From a virus (taxonomy: Duplodnaviria > Caudoviricetes): 55,607 nucleotides of DNA. Location of the stretch: the IMG/VR virus record IMGVR_UViG_3300030098_002332, positions 1 to 55,607 of that record; one strand, 5' to 3'. The notes below the pieces were generated by a model that was not told the DNA's origin, ran no database searches, and was given only the letters and a program-made list of their open reading frames with translations. Positions within the stretch are counted from its first letter, which is position 1; each line of letters begins with the position of its first letter. Of this stretch, positions 1 to 10,199 are shown in pieces. The translations under genes were made by a program, and so were the position numbers.

Positions 1-405
1 AGGATCTTTTGATTTTTTATATTTAAGTTTTGGAACTTTGGTTGATCGTTTTTTTATGTATGCTAGTAACTCCTCTTTTACCTGTGGTTGTTCATGCCAC
101 TGATTGTGTGTTACTATACTATACCTTTGTTCTCCATTAAAGTTCTGCCAAAACTTAACAGACTTTACGTCTGCCATTGTTAATCCATTGTCTAATAAAT
201 GTTTTTGGAAAGCTTGACTTGTAGTAAGTTCATGACCATTATCATTATTCATTCTTTCTTGTATCCACTCTTCTGATGTTACAAGTTTTTTACAATCTCT
301 AATAATAGCTATATCTACCTCCCACTTATCTGCTAACCACTGTGCTCCTTTTTTTAAAAATCCTTTACGTGTTCTAAATTTCTCAATAATTTCATCTCGT
401 GTCAT
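1..405 (-). CDS. Hypothetical protein, N-terminal part, truncated by window edge (possibly the N-terminus of a metallophosphoesterase)
   Basis: Read manually: ATG at 405, open to base 1 (MTRDEIIEKFRTRKG...VKSVKFWQNFNGEQRYSIV...); start overlaps primase stop. Function is a guess from context. Confidence 0.7.
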   Translation of the reverse strand, partial: MTRDEIIEKFRTRKGFLKKGAQWLADKWEVDIAIIRDCKKLVTSEEWIQERMNNDNGHELTTSQAFQKHLLDNGLTMADVKSVKFWQNFNGEQRYSIVTHNQWHEQPQVKEELLAYIKKRSTKVPKLKYKKSKDP

Positions 406-1393
406 TTAATATAAGTTTAAGTTCATTAAAACTACATTCCTTAGACACCAAGTCAGATGGATCCTTAGACTCAAATGTTTTTGGTATGCAGATGTTTTTT
501 AAACCATATAAGTTACAAATTTTCTTTGCCATTCTCTGGCCCGGATTATCTGCTTTATTAAAATCATTATCATATAAAATTTCTACTGTATTGAATCTTT
601 GTTTTAGCTCACTTATTAATTTCTCATCAGGTATTTGCATCTCACTTTGCATAGCAATCGAATGATAGCCTGCAGAATGTAAACACATAACGTCTTTGAG
701 GGAAGAAGTAATGATAAGTCTCTCACCTTTGTTCGGGAGTTGGTTATAACCTTGTATATCACTTTTATTAGTATTACTTAACCACTTATTCTTTTCTTCA
801 TAAGGAGAATAGATTTTATATCGATTTTTGAATTTAAAAGCATAAGTAATTGATTTACAAGTAAATCTGTTACCATTAACCCAAAAATGACTTACTGGTT
901 CAACCGCAAACTTAGTTAATATTTTTTTACTAACCAAATATTTAGACCAAAATTTAGCATCTACTGTTGTCCACGGTCGCCTTTTCTTTTGAATTATAAC
1001 TTGTTTTTTTGTGTAGTCAATAGTTTTATTTTGTCTATAAGCCATATAACCCATAGTAAATTGCACTTCTGACTTTTTAGGACTAAGCCCAAGATTAAAG
1101 TCACAATCAATAATTCGCAGAGCATCAATAAAATCACAATTAAATCTATGTTTAACATAATTAAAACAATCAAACGTATGATCAGGGTTACCAAAGTCTT
1201 TGTACAGTAATTTACCATTATACATGGTTATATATACTGTAGGAGAATTATCATCACGCAAACTACTGCGGAACTTCTTGCCTAACTTTTTAAACTCAGG
1301 TATATAATACACAAAAATGTCATACTCAGTAATTTTACTAAGTATGACATCAGTGTGTAAATGATCATTACTGTCTCTGCTATTTATTGGCAT
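392..1393 (-). CDS. DNA primase (crAss-like DnaG/TOPRIM)
   Basis: TOPRIM motifs ITSSLKDVM and LYDND, C-terminal KDPSD; N-terminal domain FRSSLRDDNSPT...YKDFG lacks Zn-binding Cys; replication module. Confidence 0.85.
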   Translation of the reverse strand: MPINSRDSNDHLHTDVILSKITEYDIFVYYIPEFKKLGKKFRSSLRDDNSPTVYITMYNGKLLYKDFGNPDHTFDCFNYVKHRFNCDFIDALRIIDCDFNLGLSPKKSEVQFTMGYMAYRQNKTIDYTKKQVIIQKKRRPWTTVDAKFWSKYLVSKKILTKFAVEPVSHFWVNGNRFTCKSITYAFKFKNRYKIYSPYEEKNKWLSNTNKSDIQGYNQLPNKGERLIITSSLKDVMCLHSAGYHSIAMQSEMQIPDEKLISELKQRFNTVEILYDNDFNKADNPGQRMAKKICNLYGLKNICIPKTFESKDPSDLVSKECSFNELKLILNDTR

Positions 1394-2187
1394 TAGAACG
1401 GTAAATCCTCTGCTTCGCTGTTACTACCAACAGCTGCAGGTTGTGACGTCCAGTCTTCATCTTCACCGATAGTATCAGGAGAGTCAGGCTTAACTAGTTC
1501 TGCAGAAGATACGTGTGGACCCCACTTAAGGTCTGCGTTAAAGTCTGCGTTAAACTGACCATAGTCATCATTTAAAGCTTTGATAAATAAATCATCACGC
1601 TGTGGCTTTATTCTGCCAAAGTATTTAGTATACACTTGCTGATATTTATCATCTTTTACACCAATAAGAACTCTAACCTCATTATTAGTAAGACTTTTTA
1701 GAAGAGCTTTTATCTCTGTAACGTTACCAGCAGCTATAGCAGGCATAGTGTCAAAATATACATTGTCACCAGACGCTACGTTAGCCCATGCTTTTACAAA
1801 ATTTATAAGAGTCTCCTCACCTGTATAAGCTTTCCTTTCACCTTCTTTCTTCCACCAGTCATACGATGGTGCGTCTTCAGACCATGTAGACTGACCAACG
1901 TTATTCATCCACTGGTGTTTGCCAGTTTGTGATACTCTAGGTGTGTTCTGCATTAGAATCTCTAGTTTAAAGTTACCATCTGCGTTAGCTAGCCAGAATA
2001 CAATTTTATTATATTCACCATTTGGCATAGTCACTGAATAGTTTGGTTCTGATTTTACATTTATGTCCATCGCATGTAACTCAGCCATAGTAGGATTTAC
2101 TGCTACAACTCTTACATTTGTTAGACCTGAGTAGGTTCTAATTCCACCTACAACTTCTTGATTACTTGCATTACTTTGTATTGCCAT
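1393..2187 (-). CDS. Putative single-stranded DNA-binding protein
   Basis: Acidic tail ending EDLPF; lies next to primase. Confidence 0.6.
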   Translation of the reverse strand: MAIQSNASNQEVVGGIRTYSGLTNVRVVAVNPTMAELHAMDINVKSEPNYSVTMPNGEYNKIVFWLANADGNFKLEILMQNTPRVSQTGKHQWMNNVGQSTWSEDAPSYDWWKKEGERKAYTGEETLINFVKAWANVASGDNVYFDTMPAIAAGNVTEIKALLKSLTNNEVRVLIGVKDDKYQQVYTKYFGRIKPQRDDLFIKALNDDYGQFNADFNADLKWGPHVSSAELVKPDSPDTIGEDEDWTSQPAAVGSNSEAEDLPF

Positions 2188-2213
2188 GTTTTTAAAATTT
2201 TATTGGTTATTAA

Positions 2214-2753
2214 TTATAATTCGAACGTATCATCGTCCATTTCTATTTCATCTTCATCATCTGTAGATATTACTTCGCCTCCAGATTTTTCTACTGCTTG
2301 ATGTAAATCATCTATTGTATTAGATGCAGCTTTCAATAAAGTTTCTTCTGGAGTTTCATATTCAGTAGGACTCATCATGTCAACAATAGCTTTCTCTGCT
2401 TCTTGCAGTTCTTGTTTAGCATCTTCTACTGTATCTATAACTTCGTCAATAGCTTGCTCTAGAGTTACTTGATTAGGATCTACCTCTTGTAGTGCCTCCA
2501 CTGCTTCTATCATACCAGTTTCTTTTGTAGATACATCATCAACAAAGTCAAAAGATAGTGCTTTCTTTCTACTAGGCCTTCTACCTTTTAAGAATGGATG
2601 CTTGAACATCTCATCTACCTCCCATGGTTTAATGTTGTACTTTACAGCCATTTCTGCTTTGCTGATACCATTCTTTAGATCATTATCAATCATAGATACA
2701 GTAATTTTAGCAGGCGTTTTACCCGGCTCAGGTGTTTTTCTTACGTCAATCAT
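2214..2753 (-). CDS. Hypothetical protein with N-terminal HTH-like region and acidic coiled-coil tail
   Basis: GISKAEMAVKYNIKPWEVDEMF resembles an HTH; very acidic C-terminal half. Confidence 0.55.
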   Translation of the reverse strand: MIDVRKTPEPGKTPAKITVSMIDNDLKNGISKAEMAVKYNIKPWEVDEMFKHPFLKGRRPSRKKALSFDFVDDVSTKETGMIEAVEALQEVDPNQVTLEQAIDEVIDTVEDAKQELQEAEKAIVDMMSPTEYETPEETLLKAASNTIDDLHQAVEKSGGEVISTDDEDEIEMDDDTFEL

Positions 2754-2774
2754 TTTTTTACGTTTAATTAATTA

Positions 2775-3473
2775 TTAGTCTATATATATATCTGACCAGT
2801 TCATAGGCATGGTCTTGCCCTTTAGATGTGCACAGCGTGAGCCAGCAGTTATATCATCAAGAGAGTTAAAGCTAACCATAGTCTGGTCATCTTCTCTGTA
2901 AATATAACCAACAGCATCAGCGTTAGCACAAGTGATTTGCTTGATTTTGCCAGTTAAGTCAAGATCCTTTACAGCAACCTCTTTACCTTTCTTCTCAAGC
3001 ATTTTGTCTTTTAGGTGGCCAACTAAGATAACATGATCCGCCAACAGGTTTAGTCTATCTATCCACTTTTTGTAGGCCATCCGCAAATATAGATAACCAG
3101 CGCCATTTGGCAATGATAATATTGACATTCCTGGGTTTTTAGTCTCAAAGTTTTTACCCATAGGTGTTTTCATATAAATTTTCTTGCCTTCTGCTTCACA
3201 CCACTCCTCAAGTTTAGATATAGTGTCGATAGCAACATATTTATATGGTTTTCCAGCTGTTATAATAGCTCTACCAACATCACCTAGTTCTTTTAAATTA
3301 TTTGCTTTAATCTTTAAAGCATCAACCATGTCTGAACCATCTTCTAGGTCGATGATTAGACAGTTGTCAAGTTGTGATAATACTGTAGTCTTGCCAATCT
3401 TTGGCGGACCATAGATTATCATGTTTTTAGGCGATTTACGGCTAGCCTTTACCTTCTCTTTTGGTAATTCCAT
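2775..3473 (-). CDS. AAA_24/Sak4-like P-loop ATPase
   Basis: Walker A YGPPKIGKTT, IIDLEDG, Walker B VAIDTI, ILVGH, ADAVGY. Confidence 0.8.
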   Translation of the reverse strand: MELPKEKVKASRKSPKNMIIYGPPKIGKTTVLSQLDNCLIIDLEDGSDMVDALKIKANNLKELGDVGRAIITAGKPYKYVAIDTISKLEEWCEAEGKKIYMKTPMGKNFETKNPGMSILSLPNGAGYLYLRMAYKKWIDRLNLLADHVILVGHLKDKMLEKKGKEVAVKDLDLTGKIKQITCANADAVGYIYREDDQTMVSFNSLDDITAGSRCAHLKGKTMPMNWSDIYID

Positions 3474-3474
3474 A

Positions 3475-3633
3475 TTAATTAGTTTTTAATTTACTTCTAA
3501 CTGCGTCTCTTCTAGACATTAACTGTGTTGTTTTTTCTTCGTCATTCTTAAACCTCTTTAGTCTTTTGTCTATAGCGTTTATTTCATTTAGAAGCGCCAG
3601 CTTGGCTTTGTTTTTTGCGTTCCTTTTGCTCAT
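3475..3633 (-). CDS. Small basic coiled-coil protein (52 aa, not in ORF track)
   Basis: MSKRNAKNKAKLALLNEINAIDKRLKRFKNDEEKTTQLMSRRDAVRSKLKTN fills the gap to the ATPase start. Confidence 0.6.
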   Translation of the reverse strand: MSKRNAKNKAKLALLNEINAIDKRLKRFKNDEEKTTQLMSRRDAVRSKLKTN

Positions 3634-3766
3634 ATTCTTTTAAATTTTTTTCTAGATTATTCTTTTTACTGTCTATATAATTTTCTAGCTGTGTAAGAGT
3701 ATATGCTATACCTACAGCTATACCTAAAACAGCTAACATTATTGGTACTACTGGTATTTCTTCCAT
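3584..3766 (-). CDS. Small membrane-anchored protein
   Basis: N-terminal hydrophobic helix, charged tail; operon-packed. Confidence 0.55.
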   Translation of the reverse strand: MEEIPVVPIMLAVLGIAVGIAYTLTQLENYIDSKKNNLEKNLKEYEQKERKKQSQAGASK

Positions 3767-3769
3767 AAT

Positions 3770-4714
3770 TTATTTTCTTTCGTTAATAGTAAATGTTGAC
3801 ATCTCTGCCTCATAAGGTATCATACCTAGCAGGCCATCACGATTTTTCTCAACGTGACATGCTAGTAGCTTAAGAGGATCTTCACCACAATATAGATCTG
3901 TAATGCCATACAAATCATGTGGTCTTTGTAGCATCATAACAACATGTGCGTCCTGACCAATACTGTCACCGCCAAACAAATCTGTCAGCAGTGGTTGATA
4001 CTGTGCCTTTGCACGATGTTCTTGCTCAATGTTACGATTTAGCTGAGACAATAAAATATTTATAGTGCCCATTTTAGCTTGTAGCCACATACAACCTTTT
4101 GACACCTCATTTAGTTTCTGCAACTCATTGTCTTTATCACTAAGGATAAGTCTAGAGTGGTCAAATACATTTATGATTGTGTGATCCGGCCTTTTATTTG
4201 TTATCTCAACGTTAGCATTTTTAACAAACTCCATATCTCTAGGAATATTGTTAAAATAAATAGGGTAGTGTGCATACTTAAATACCTCTTTCTTAAACTT
4301 CTCGTATGCATCCATCTCTAGCTTTTGTTCTACAGATAGAAGCTCACTAACCTGTTTGTTTACACCTTTAGCACCAGCACGCATAATTTGCTGATGACCA
4401 GGCATCTCAAAACTCCAGTATAATACTAGTAGTTTCTTGTTTTTGTTATTATCTAGTAAATCAAATATCAATTGGTTACTGAATGCAGATTTACCTACAC
4501 CTGGACGGCCAGCTATAACATACATTTTACCAGGCTGTAAACCACCTAGTAAGTTTCTGTTTAACCTTGTCCATTTTGTAGGATAAACCTGTCTTCTACC
4601 ATTAATACCATTCTCTACCTGATGTAACGAAGCACCAATAGCTGTCTTGATGCTCTTAAATCCGCTATCTTTAAAGGGATCTTGTAATTCTTTGGGCAAC
4701 TGTTCTTTTGTCAT
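3770..4714 (-). CDS. dnaB: DnaB-like replicative helicase (RecA core)
   Basis: Walker A GRPGVGKS, SFEM, LSQLNR, SIGQDAHVV, KNRDG. Confidence 0.9.
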   Translation of the reverse strand: MTKEQLPKELQDPFKDSGFKSIKTAIGASLHQVENGINGRRQVYPTKWTRLNRNLLGGLQPGKMYVIAGRPGVGKSAFSNQLIFDLLDNNKNKKLLVLYWSFEMPGHQQIMRAGAKGVNKQVSELLSVEQKLEMDAYEKFKKEVFKYAHYPIYFNNIPRDMEFVKNANVEITNKRPDHTIINVFDHSRLILSDKDNELQKLNEVSKGCMWLQAKMGTINILLSQLNRNIEQEHRAKAQYQPLLTDLFGGDSIGQDAHVVMMLQRPHDLYGITDLYCGEDPLKLLACHVEKNRDGLLGMIPYEAEMSTFTINERK

Positions 4715-5201
4715 TCTCGTTTATGTTTTCATACTTTTCCCAAGTATGGTTATTAATCCATGTTTCTAAATTCTGTAAGTACGCCAAGTTATCTTGTTGT
4801 ACATTTAATTGTACCTTCAATAGCTTAATTATTCTATTGTGTACATGCAATTTATTGCCAACAACTTTCTTGTATCTGTTTTTGGCTTTTAAATTGGATT
4901 TAGCTTTAGGATCAACAGCATGCAGAACTCTGACACCGTTAGAACTATCAACTTTGCTAGGATATACAGATATTAACTCTTCAAACATAGCGTCAAAATT
5001 ATTAGAAAACAAACTTCTAAATTTACTTGTTACCGCCTTGTCTTTTATATATCCTTGAGTCTCTAGTTTATTCCAATCGATGTTTAAGTTCAGCTCGTCT
5101 AGGTAAGTATAACCTTTTCTCAGTTCCAAATAAAGTCCAATGTATTCGTCAGCAGATAAATTTGTTGTTTTTAATAATTCTAAGTCTATTTCTATTGTCA
5201 T
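4671..5201 (-). CDS. Putative replication initiator/helicase loader
   Basis: FEELISVYP...YLQNLETWINNHTWE pattern; directly upstream of DnaB. Confidence 0.45.
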   Translation of the reverse strand: MTIEIDLELLKTTNLSADEYIGLYLELRKGYTYLDELNLNIDWNKLETQGYIKDKAVTSKFRSLFSNNFDAMFEELISVYPSKVDSSNGVRVLHAVDPKAKSNLKAKNRYKKVVGNKLHVHNRIIKLLKVQLNVQQDNLAYLQNLETWINNHTWEKYENINENDKRTVAQRITRSL

Positions 5202-5213
5202 ATCTATATATTT

Positions 5214-6392
5214 TTAGGGTAGCCAATTTACGTTATTTAATGATTTTACAGCATTTTTTAACCACTTTTCTTCCTGCGAGTTTTCAACATAAAGTATATA
5301 AATTTCACCTACTTTACCCTCTTGGAATCTAATCAATCTACCTACACGCTGTATCATAGGCAGTGACTTGCTAGTAATACCACACATAACACCCATGTTA
5401 GCGTCAGGTATATCTAGACCCTGATTCAAAGCTTTAGTAGAACACAGTACATTTATCTTACCTGATCTAAAATCTTCTATAGCTTGCTCTCTCTTTTTCT
5501 TAGTTACTTTAGAGTGATAAGAAGCAGACAAAGGGCTAACAGATGCACACATCTGATCTGTAAAATCATTTGCACCACTGAATGCGAGTATCTTGCTATC
5601 CATGTTATTAAGAACTAGTTTCTGAAACTGTGTAATTTTATTGCTAGCAAAATCTACAATCTTTTTACGTTCCCTTATAGCTCTGTAAAACATGACTGCA
5701 CATTTCTTGTCTGCAGGATGCGCATTCTTGTCCCCCATAATTCTTTTTGCCTCGTCAAATGCATTGAACTGTCCAAGCTGGTATTTATAGTAAACAAATG
5801 AGTTGTTTATCTTTTTATATTCATCTTTCTCGGTCGATGTCAATTGCACAGGCATGCAATAAATGTTATAGGGAGAAACTATGCCCTTAGCTACACACTG
5901 ATCTAAAGTAATTTTATAGACAGTAGGTGAAAGTGTAGCTAAAAGCTGTTTATACTCTATTTCTTCTGGTAGTGTAGCAGTCATACACAATAGTCTATCA
6001 TAAGTATTGTTCTCAAAAAACTTACGATACTCCGGCGACAAGCCTAGATGTATCTCATCACACAACACAAGGCTGTAGTGATTACCTACAAGTTTATACG
6101 CACTTTGATAACAAAGAATATCAACGTTATCTAGGCAGTCTTCTAGTCCCCACTTCGTGAACTCTTCTGCAAACTGAGTTTGTAGTTGTACTGTAGGTAC
6201 TAGGATTAAGATTTTACTATCGCTATCAATATTATAAACATGACTAACTGCAAGAACACCACATCTAGATTTCCCAAAACCAGTACCAGCAATAATAGAA
6301 CCGGTATACCCAGCTTGTGCCCAGCTGTTAAGCGCTTTCTTTTGTTCTTCATCTCTTGTTTTATTTATATTCATAGTTATACTGCTTCCCAT
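5214..6392 (-). CDS. Superfamily 2 DExH helicase
   Basis: AGTGFGKS, LVPT, DEIH, TAT, GLDIP, QRVGRLIR. Confidence 0.9.
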   Translation of the reverse strand: MGSSITMNINKTRDEEQKKALNSWAQAGYTGSIIAGTGFGKSRCGVLAVSHVYNIDSDSKILILVPTVQLQTQFAEEFTKWGLEDCLDNVDILCYQSAYKLVGNHYSLVLCDEIHLGLSPEYRKFFENNTYDRLLCMTATLPEEIEYKQLLATLSPTVYKITLDQCVAKGIVSPYNIYCMPVQLTSTEKDEYKKINNSFVYYKYQLGQFNAFDEAKRIMGDKNAHPADKKCAVMFYRAIRERKKIVDFASNKITQFQKLVLNNMDSKILAFSGANDFTDQMCASVSPLSASYHSKVTKKKREQAIEDFRSGKINVLCSTKALNQGLDIPDANMGVMCGITSKSLPMIQRVGRLIRFQEGKVGEIYILYVENSQEEKWLKNAVKSLNNVNWLP

Positions 6393-6637
6393 AATGTCAC
6401 TGTTCTGTTTGTTTGTGTATCTTTGTGTGTACCATTTGCTTTTACCATACCCTTGTTAACTAGCTCTGTCACTCTACCTGTAACTCTGTTTATCTCCCAA
6501 CCTAAAGCTTTAGCTATATTCCTATTTGTAGGTTTAGATATAGCTTTAATCACTCCATACACCGTCATCTGTTTCTTCCCAATAGTTGGCTTCAGTGTTT
6601 TTAAAGAAGCTACCTGTGTTTTTCGTATTTTTTTCAT
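6377..6637 (-). CDS. Winged-helix DNA-binding protein
   Basis: TNRNIAKALGWEINRVTGRVTELVNKGMV. Confidence 0.7.
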   Translation of the reverse strand: MKKIRKTQVASLKTLKPTIGKKQMTVYGVIKAISKPTNRNIAKALGWEINRVTGRVTELVNKGMVKANGTHKDTQTNRTVTLWEAV

Positions 6638-6848
6638 AATCCTCTGTTTTTATAAATTTTTCTTTTATCTCATTACATCTACTATCAAAATTGTAACTGT
6701 AATGACTAATTAATACTTTAGTAGGCTCAATCTCACCACTGTATTTAAAATAATCATTAAAATCAATGTGATTGTCTTCCCACCTTTGTCTCCATTCTTG
6801 CTCTTGTTTGCACTCTGCAATAAAAGCTTTTACGAGTGTTTTATCCAT
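6546..6848 (-). CDS. Hypothetical protein
   Basis: ORF in the packed minus-strand operon. Confidence 0.55.
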   Translation of the reverse strand: MDKTLVKAFIAECKQEQEWRQRWEDNHIDFNDYFKYSGEIEPTKVLISHYSYNFDSRCNEIKEKFIKTEDYEKNTKNTGSFFKNTEANYWEETDDGVWSD

Positions 6849-7042
6849 ATTTTATTTTTATCTATAATTTGTTCTAACTCATGTATCCTGTCTAAATGCT
6901 CTGTAGTTTTCTTGTATGTAAATAAAAATGTACATGCAGCACCAAAAACAATACCAATACCTGCTGTAAGACCTATCTCTGTTAATGCTAATATACTATC
7001 TATACTCATAGCTCTACTCTCATTTGTTGTGGAACTCCCCAT
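6830..7042 (-). CDS. Small membrane protein (start probably MSIDS)
   Basis: One TM helix followed by a charged tail. Confidence 0.55.
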   Translation of the reverse strand: MGSSTTNESRAMSIDSILALTEIGLTAGIGIVFGAACTFLFTYKKTTEHLDRIHELEQIIDKNKIWIKHS

Positions 7043-7689
7043 TGTATAGGTTGTTCTAACTTAGTATTGATTTTCTTAAAATGTCCACATGTAAAGAAAC
7101 CAGCTCTACCACCAGAGTATGACTCTGCAGCAGGATGAGGCGCCTTAAGTATAGTATGTCCAGATGGATACATAATATGCCTCTCATACTCCTGTGCCTT
7201 CTTACCCCATAACACCCAAATAAGATCTGACTTTTCTACAGACAGTCTAGTTATAATATCTCTTGTAAATGGCATCCACATATTTACATGTGACCCAGCT
7301 CTACCTTTCTGAACAGTCAAGGCAGTATTTAACAACAACACACCTTGTTTAGCCCAGCTTTCTAGACTTTTATCTACATTTACAGGTCCAAAATCATTCC
7401 TTACTGCCTGTATTATATTATTTAAACTAGGACTAGCTCTACCACCATCATTTGCAAACGCTAATCCTGTTGCACTACCATCATGATATGGATCTTGTCC
7501 TAGTATAACAACTCTTACAGACTCTAGAGGACACATTTGAAAAGCTCTAAATGTTTTACCTCTTTCTGGATACACCTTACTCGTAGTCACATTATTTCTG
7601 TGCTGCTTAATTAGCTCTTGGAAGTAATCCATTTTAAATATAGGCTCTAGTATCTTATACCACTCTCCTACTTGTTCTTGTACATTCAT
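7006..7689 (-). CDS. ung: Uracil-DNA glycosylase, family 1
   Basis: GQDPYH, ATGLAF, SLNNI, GVLLLN, LWG, HP motif. Confidence 0.93.
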   Translation of the reverse strand: MNVQEQVGEWYKILEPIFKMDYFQELIKQHRNNVTTSKVYPERGKTFRAFQMCPLESVRVVILGQDPYHDGSATGLAFANDGGRASPSLNNIIQAVRNDFGPVNVDKSLESWAKQGVLLLNTALTVQKGRAGSHVNMWMPFTRDIITRLSVEKSDLIWVLWGKKAQEYERHIMYPSGHTILKAPHPAAESYSGGRAGFFTCGHFKKINTKLEQPIQWGVPQQMRVEL

Positions 7690-7859
7690 AAATTATATTT
7701 TTTAATTATACTATCTCTTTTCTTTACTAAATCAGACTTCTTAGGTCTTGGTAATTTAAATATTTCATGGTCAGTCTTTGGCTGTATCCCATCTTTACCC
7801 ATATACTTTATTGTCCTATTTAGATTTTTAACAACTTCTATTGCTTTCTTTCTTGTCAT
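7686..7859 (-). CDS. Small basic protein (57 aa, not in ORF track)
   Basis: MTRKKAIEVVKNLNRTIKYMG...IIKKYNL; stop overlaps the UDG ATG (ATGA). Confidence 0.6.
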   Translation of the reverse strand: MTRKKAIEVVKNLNRTIKYMGKDGIQPKTDHEIFKLPRPKKSDLVKKRDSIIKKYNL

Positions 7860-7868
7860 AATAATTAT

Positions 7869-9758
7869 TTATTTTTCCCAGCAGTTACTAACTGATACCT
7901 CAGCTTTTAACAAACCGTTCGTTACTATCTCTAGTGCAGCCTCCTCCATCATTCTTTGCATGTTGTGTGTCCAATCAGATAAATAATCGTTTCTACATAT
8001 TGTATCTATCTGATCATGCACAGTCATGACTAGCTTGACAGGCAGGTCAAATTGATTGATATGATTACGCATCAATATCAACGCTTTCTTAGTCATATCT
8101 GCGCTAGCTCCCTGTATAGGTGTGTTTTTAGATGCACGTTCAATACTACCTAGCTCCATAGATGATGACTTGTTATCCCATATTCTAGGATACCAGTTAG
8201 TAAACCATCTACGTCTGTTATAAGGAGGAAATGTTTTTATATACCCATATTTCTTACCAAAATTACCTAGCTTCTCCAAAAATCCTTTAATTGATGGAAA
8301 AGCTGTAAAATACTTTTCAATAAGTAATTTAGCATCGTCAACAGAAATGTTGAGAGTGTCTGCAAGTTTATGAGGACCCATGCCATAAGCCAGGCCAAAA
8401 TTAATAGTTTTAACATTATTTCTTAGTTTTTTGTGGGAAGGACAATTGCACTTTTGCTTACGACTAAAATAAGCACAATCGTCTTCACCACTATTTAACC
8501 ACTGATCACCATAGACTAACTCAGCACACGTGGAGTGTAGGTCTTCACCATTCTTTAACGCCTCAATCCATACAGGATCTTTAGAACCAAATGCAATAAC
8601 ATTTAACTCTTGACTAGAATAGTCAGCCGAAACAAAACTCCAACCATCGGGTGCAGTGAAGCAATTCCTAAAACTATTATCAGCAGGTATTTGCTGCATG
8701 TTAGGCTTGCTACTACTTACACGGCCGGTGTCTAATATTTGATGAAAACTAGTATGTATTCTTTTATCAGAAGCTAGATTCTTAAAAAATGCATCACCAT
8801 AAGATGTACACAGTTTCATAGCCTCCTTGTATTTTACATACTTGTCTATTAGTGGATATTTAAATCTGTGTTTGTACATCTGTTTACCATTTACATTATC
8901 TAAATCAGGTACAATACACTGAAACACCTCTAGCACTTGCTTTGGTGATGTCCATTTTACATCTACATCTCTAAGCTCTTCTACAGGTGTAAACATGTCT
9001 GCTTGTATGTATTTAGCCACAAACTTTTGTAATCTGTGATCCATCTTAACCATGTTATCTAATGTAGACATCAAAGCATCAGCTTTACTTGTATTTAAAC
9101 TTTCAAGCTCTCTCCATGCTTCTGTATCTAAATCTAAGCCATTGTACTCCATGTCAGCAAAAGCCTTTACTACCTCGTTTTCTAGTTTAACAACATTGTG
9201 CAGTTTATATTTATCTATATCTGCTTGTTGTAGCTCTTTTATTTTACATAGGTATTCTACATCCTTTGCACCATAGATTATCTGATCATCTGTAAAAGGA
9301 TGTCCATGTAAATCTATAAACAAGTTTCTAACCTCCTTGTTTAGCTCTACATTTAAATATCTTTTACATAAATCTTTTAATCCATAACCTAGAGATTTAC
9401 CACAGCTTATAATTAACTCTACAAGAAATGTATCATAAATACCTTCACAGGTTATATTAGCCCATTTTTTAATAAACTTGTAATCAAACTTAGCATTGTG
9501 AAATATCTTTACAATATCATTTGATTCTAATATCTCTCGTAAAGGCTCTATACTTACAAATCTTGTATCTATAATATATTGATTATTAGTATCACCTATC
9601 TGAAACATTATCATCTTTTTACATGTAAAGTCAAATCCTTCTGTCTCCGTGTCTACACCCAAAACTTTCTTAGTTTTACAATATTCTACTACATCATCTA
9701 TAGTAGCATCTGTAAAGTTTGCGTTTAAACTCTTAGTGTTACTAATAAAGTATATCAT
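7869..9758 (-). CDS. polA: Family A DNA polymerase with 3'-5' exonuclease
   Basis: Exo DTET, HNAKFD, YGAKD; TGRVSS..PNMQQIP; motif A ADYSSQEL; motif B KTINFGLAYG; motif C VHDQI. Confidence 0.95.
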   Translation of the reverse strand: MIYFISNTKSLNANFTDATIDDVVEYCKTKKVLGVDTETEGFDFTCKKMIMFQIGDTNNQYIIDTRFVSIEPLREILESNDIVKIFHNAKFDYKFIKKWANITCEGIYDTFLVELIISCGKSLGYGLKDLCKRYLNVELNKEVRNLFIDLHGHPFTDDQIIYGAKDVEYLCKIKELQQADIDKYKLHNVVKLENEVVKAFADMEYNGLDLDTEAWRELESLNTSKADALMSTLDNMVKMDHRLQKFVAKYIQADMFTPVEELRDVDVKWTSPKQVLEVFQCIVPDLDNVNGKQMYKHRFKYPLIDKYVKYKEAMKLCTSYGDAFFKNLASDKRIHTSFHQILDTGRVSSSKPNMQQIPADNSFRNCFTAPDGWSFVSADYSSQELNVIAFGSKDPVWIEALKNGEDLHSTCAELVYGDQWLNSGEDDCAYFSRKQKCNCPSHKKLRNNVKTINFGLAYGMGPHKLADTLNISVDDAKLLIEKYFTAFPSIKGFLEKLGNFGKKYGYIKTFPPYNRRRWFTNWYPRIWDNKSSSMELGSIERASKNTPIQGASADMTKKALILMRNHINQFDLPVKLVMTVHDQIDTICRNDYLSDWTHNMQRMMEEAALEIVTNGLLKAEVSVSNCWEK

Positions 9759-9760
9759 AA

Positions 9761-10009
9761 TTAATAAATTTTGTTATCAGCATAATGCTCTTCTTCTTCT
9801 AACTGCTGTTGTATATGCTGATCATACTTAGCAACCAGTTTGTTGTCATCAACATACTTAACTACACTTTTAGCGAAAGACTTAACAAAAGTTTGTCCTC
9901 CAAAATTAAAGCTAGTTGAGTCTGTTAAGACGCATTTAATGTATAACTGTTTGAATCTCTCATAAGATCCATCCATAATCATACTATAAATCCATTTCAT
10001 TTGTCCCAT
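9761..10009 (-). CDS. Hypothetical protein
   Basis: ORF with A-rich leader, adjacent to polA. Confidence 0.65.
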   Translation of the reverse strand: MGQMKWIYSMIMDGSYERFKQLYIKCVLTDSTSFNFGGQTFVKSFAKSVVKYVDDNKLVAKYDQHIQQQLEEEEHYADNKIY

Positions 10010-10045
10010 TGTTTTGTGTTTAATTAATACTTGTTTAATTAGTTT

Positions 10046-10083
10046 AGAAAAATAAAGGACTATAAATTAATATAGCCCTTTAT
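10046..10083 (-). terminator. Intrinsic terminator-like hairpin
   Basis: Minus strand ATAAAGGGCTATA-TTAATT-TATAGTCCTTTAT followed by TTTTCT. Confidence 0.6.
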
Positions 10084-10199
10084 GATTCTTACTAAAATAC
10101 TGATTTTAAAGTCTTATCTGACTGGTTTTTGATTAAAGTCGTGAGTATCAGATACTTACAACATTATATAAACAATTCTTTTATAACTTTGTACTCAAT

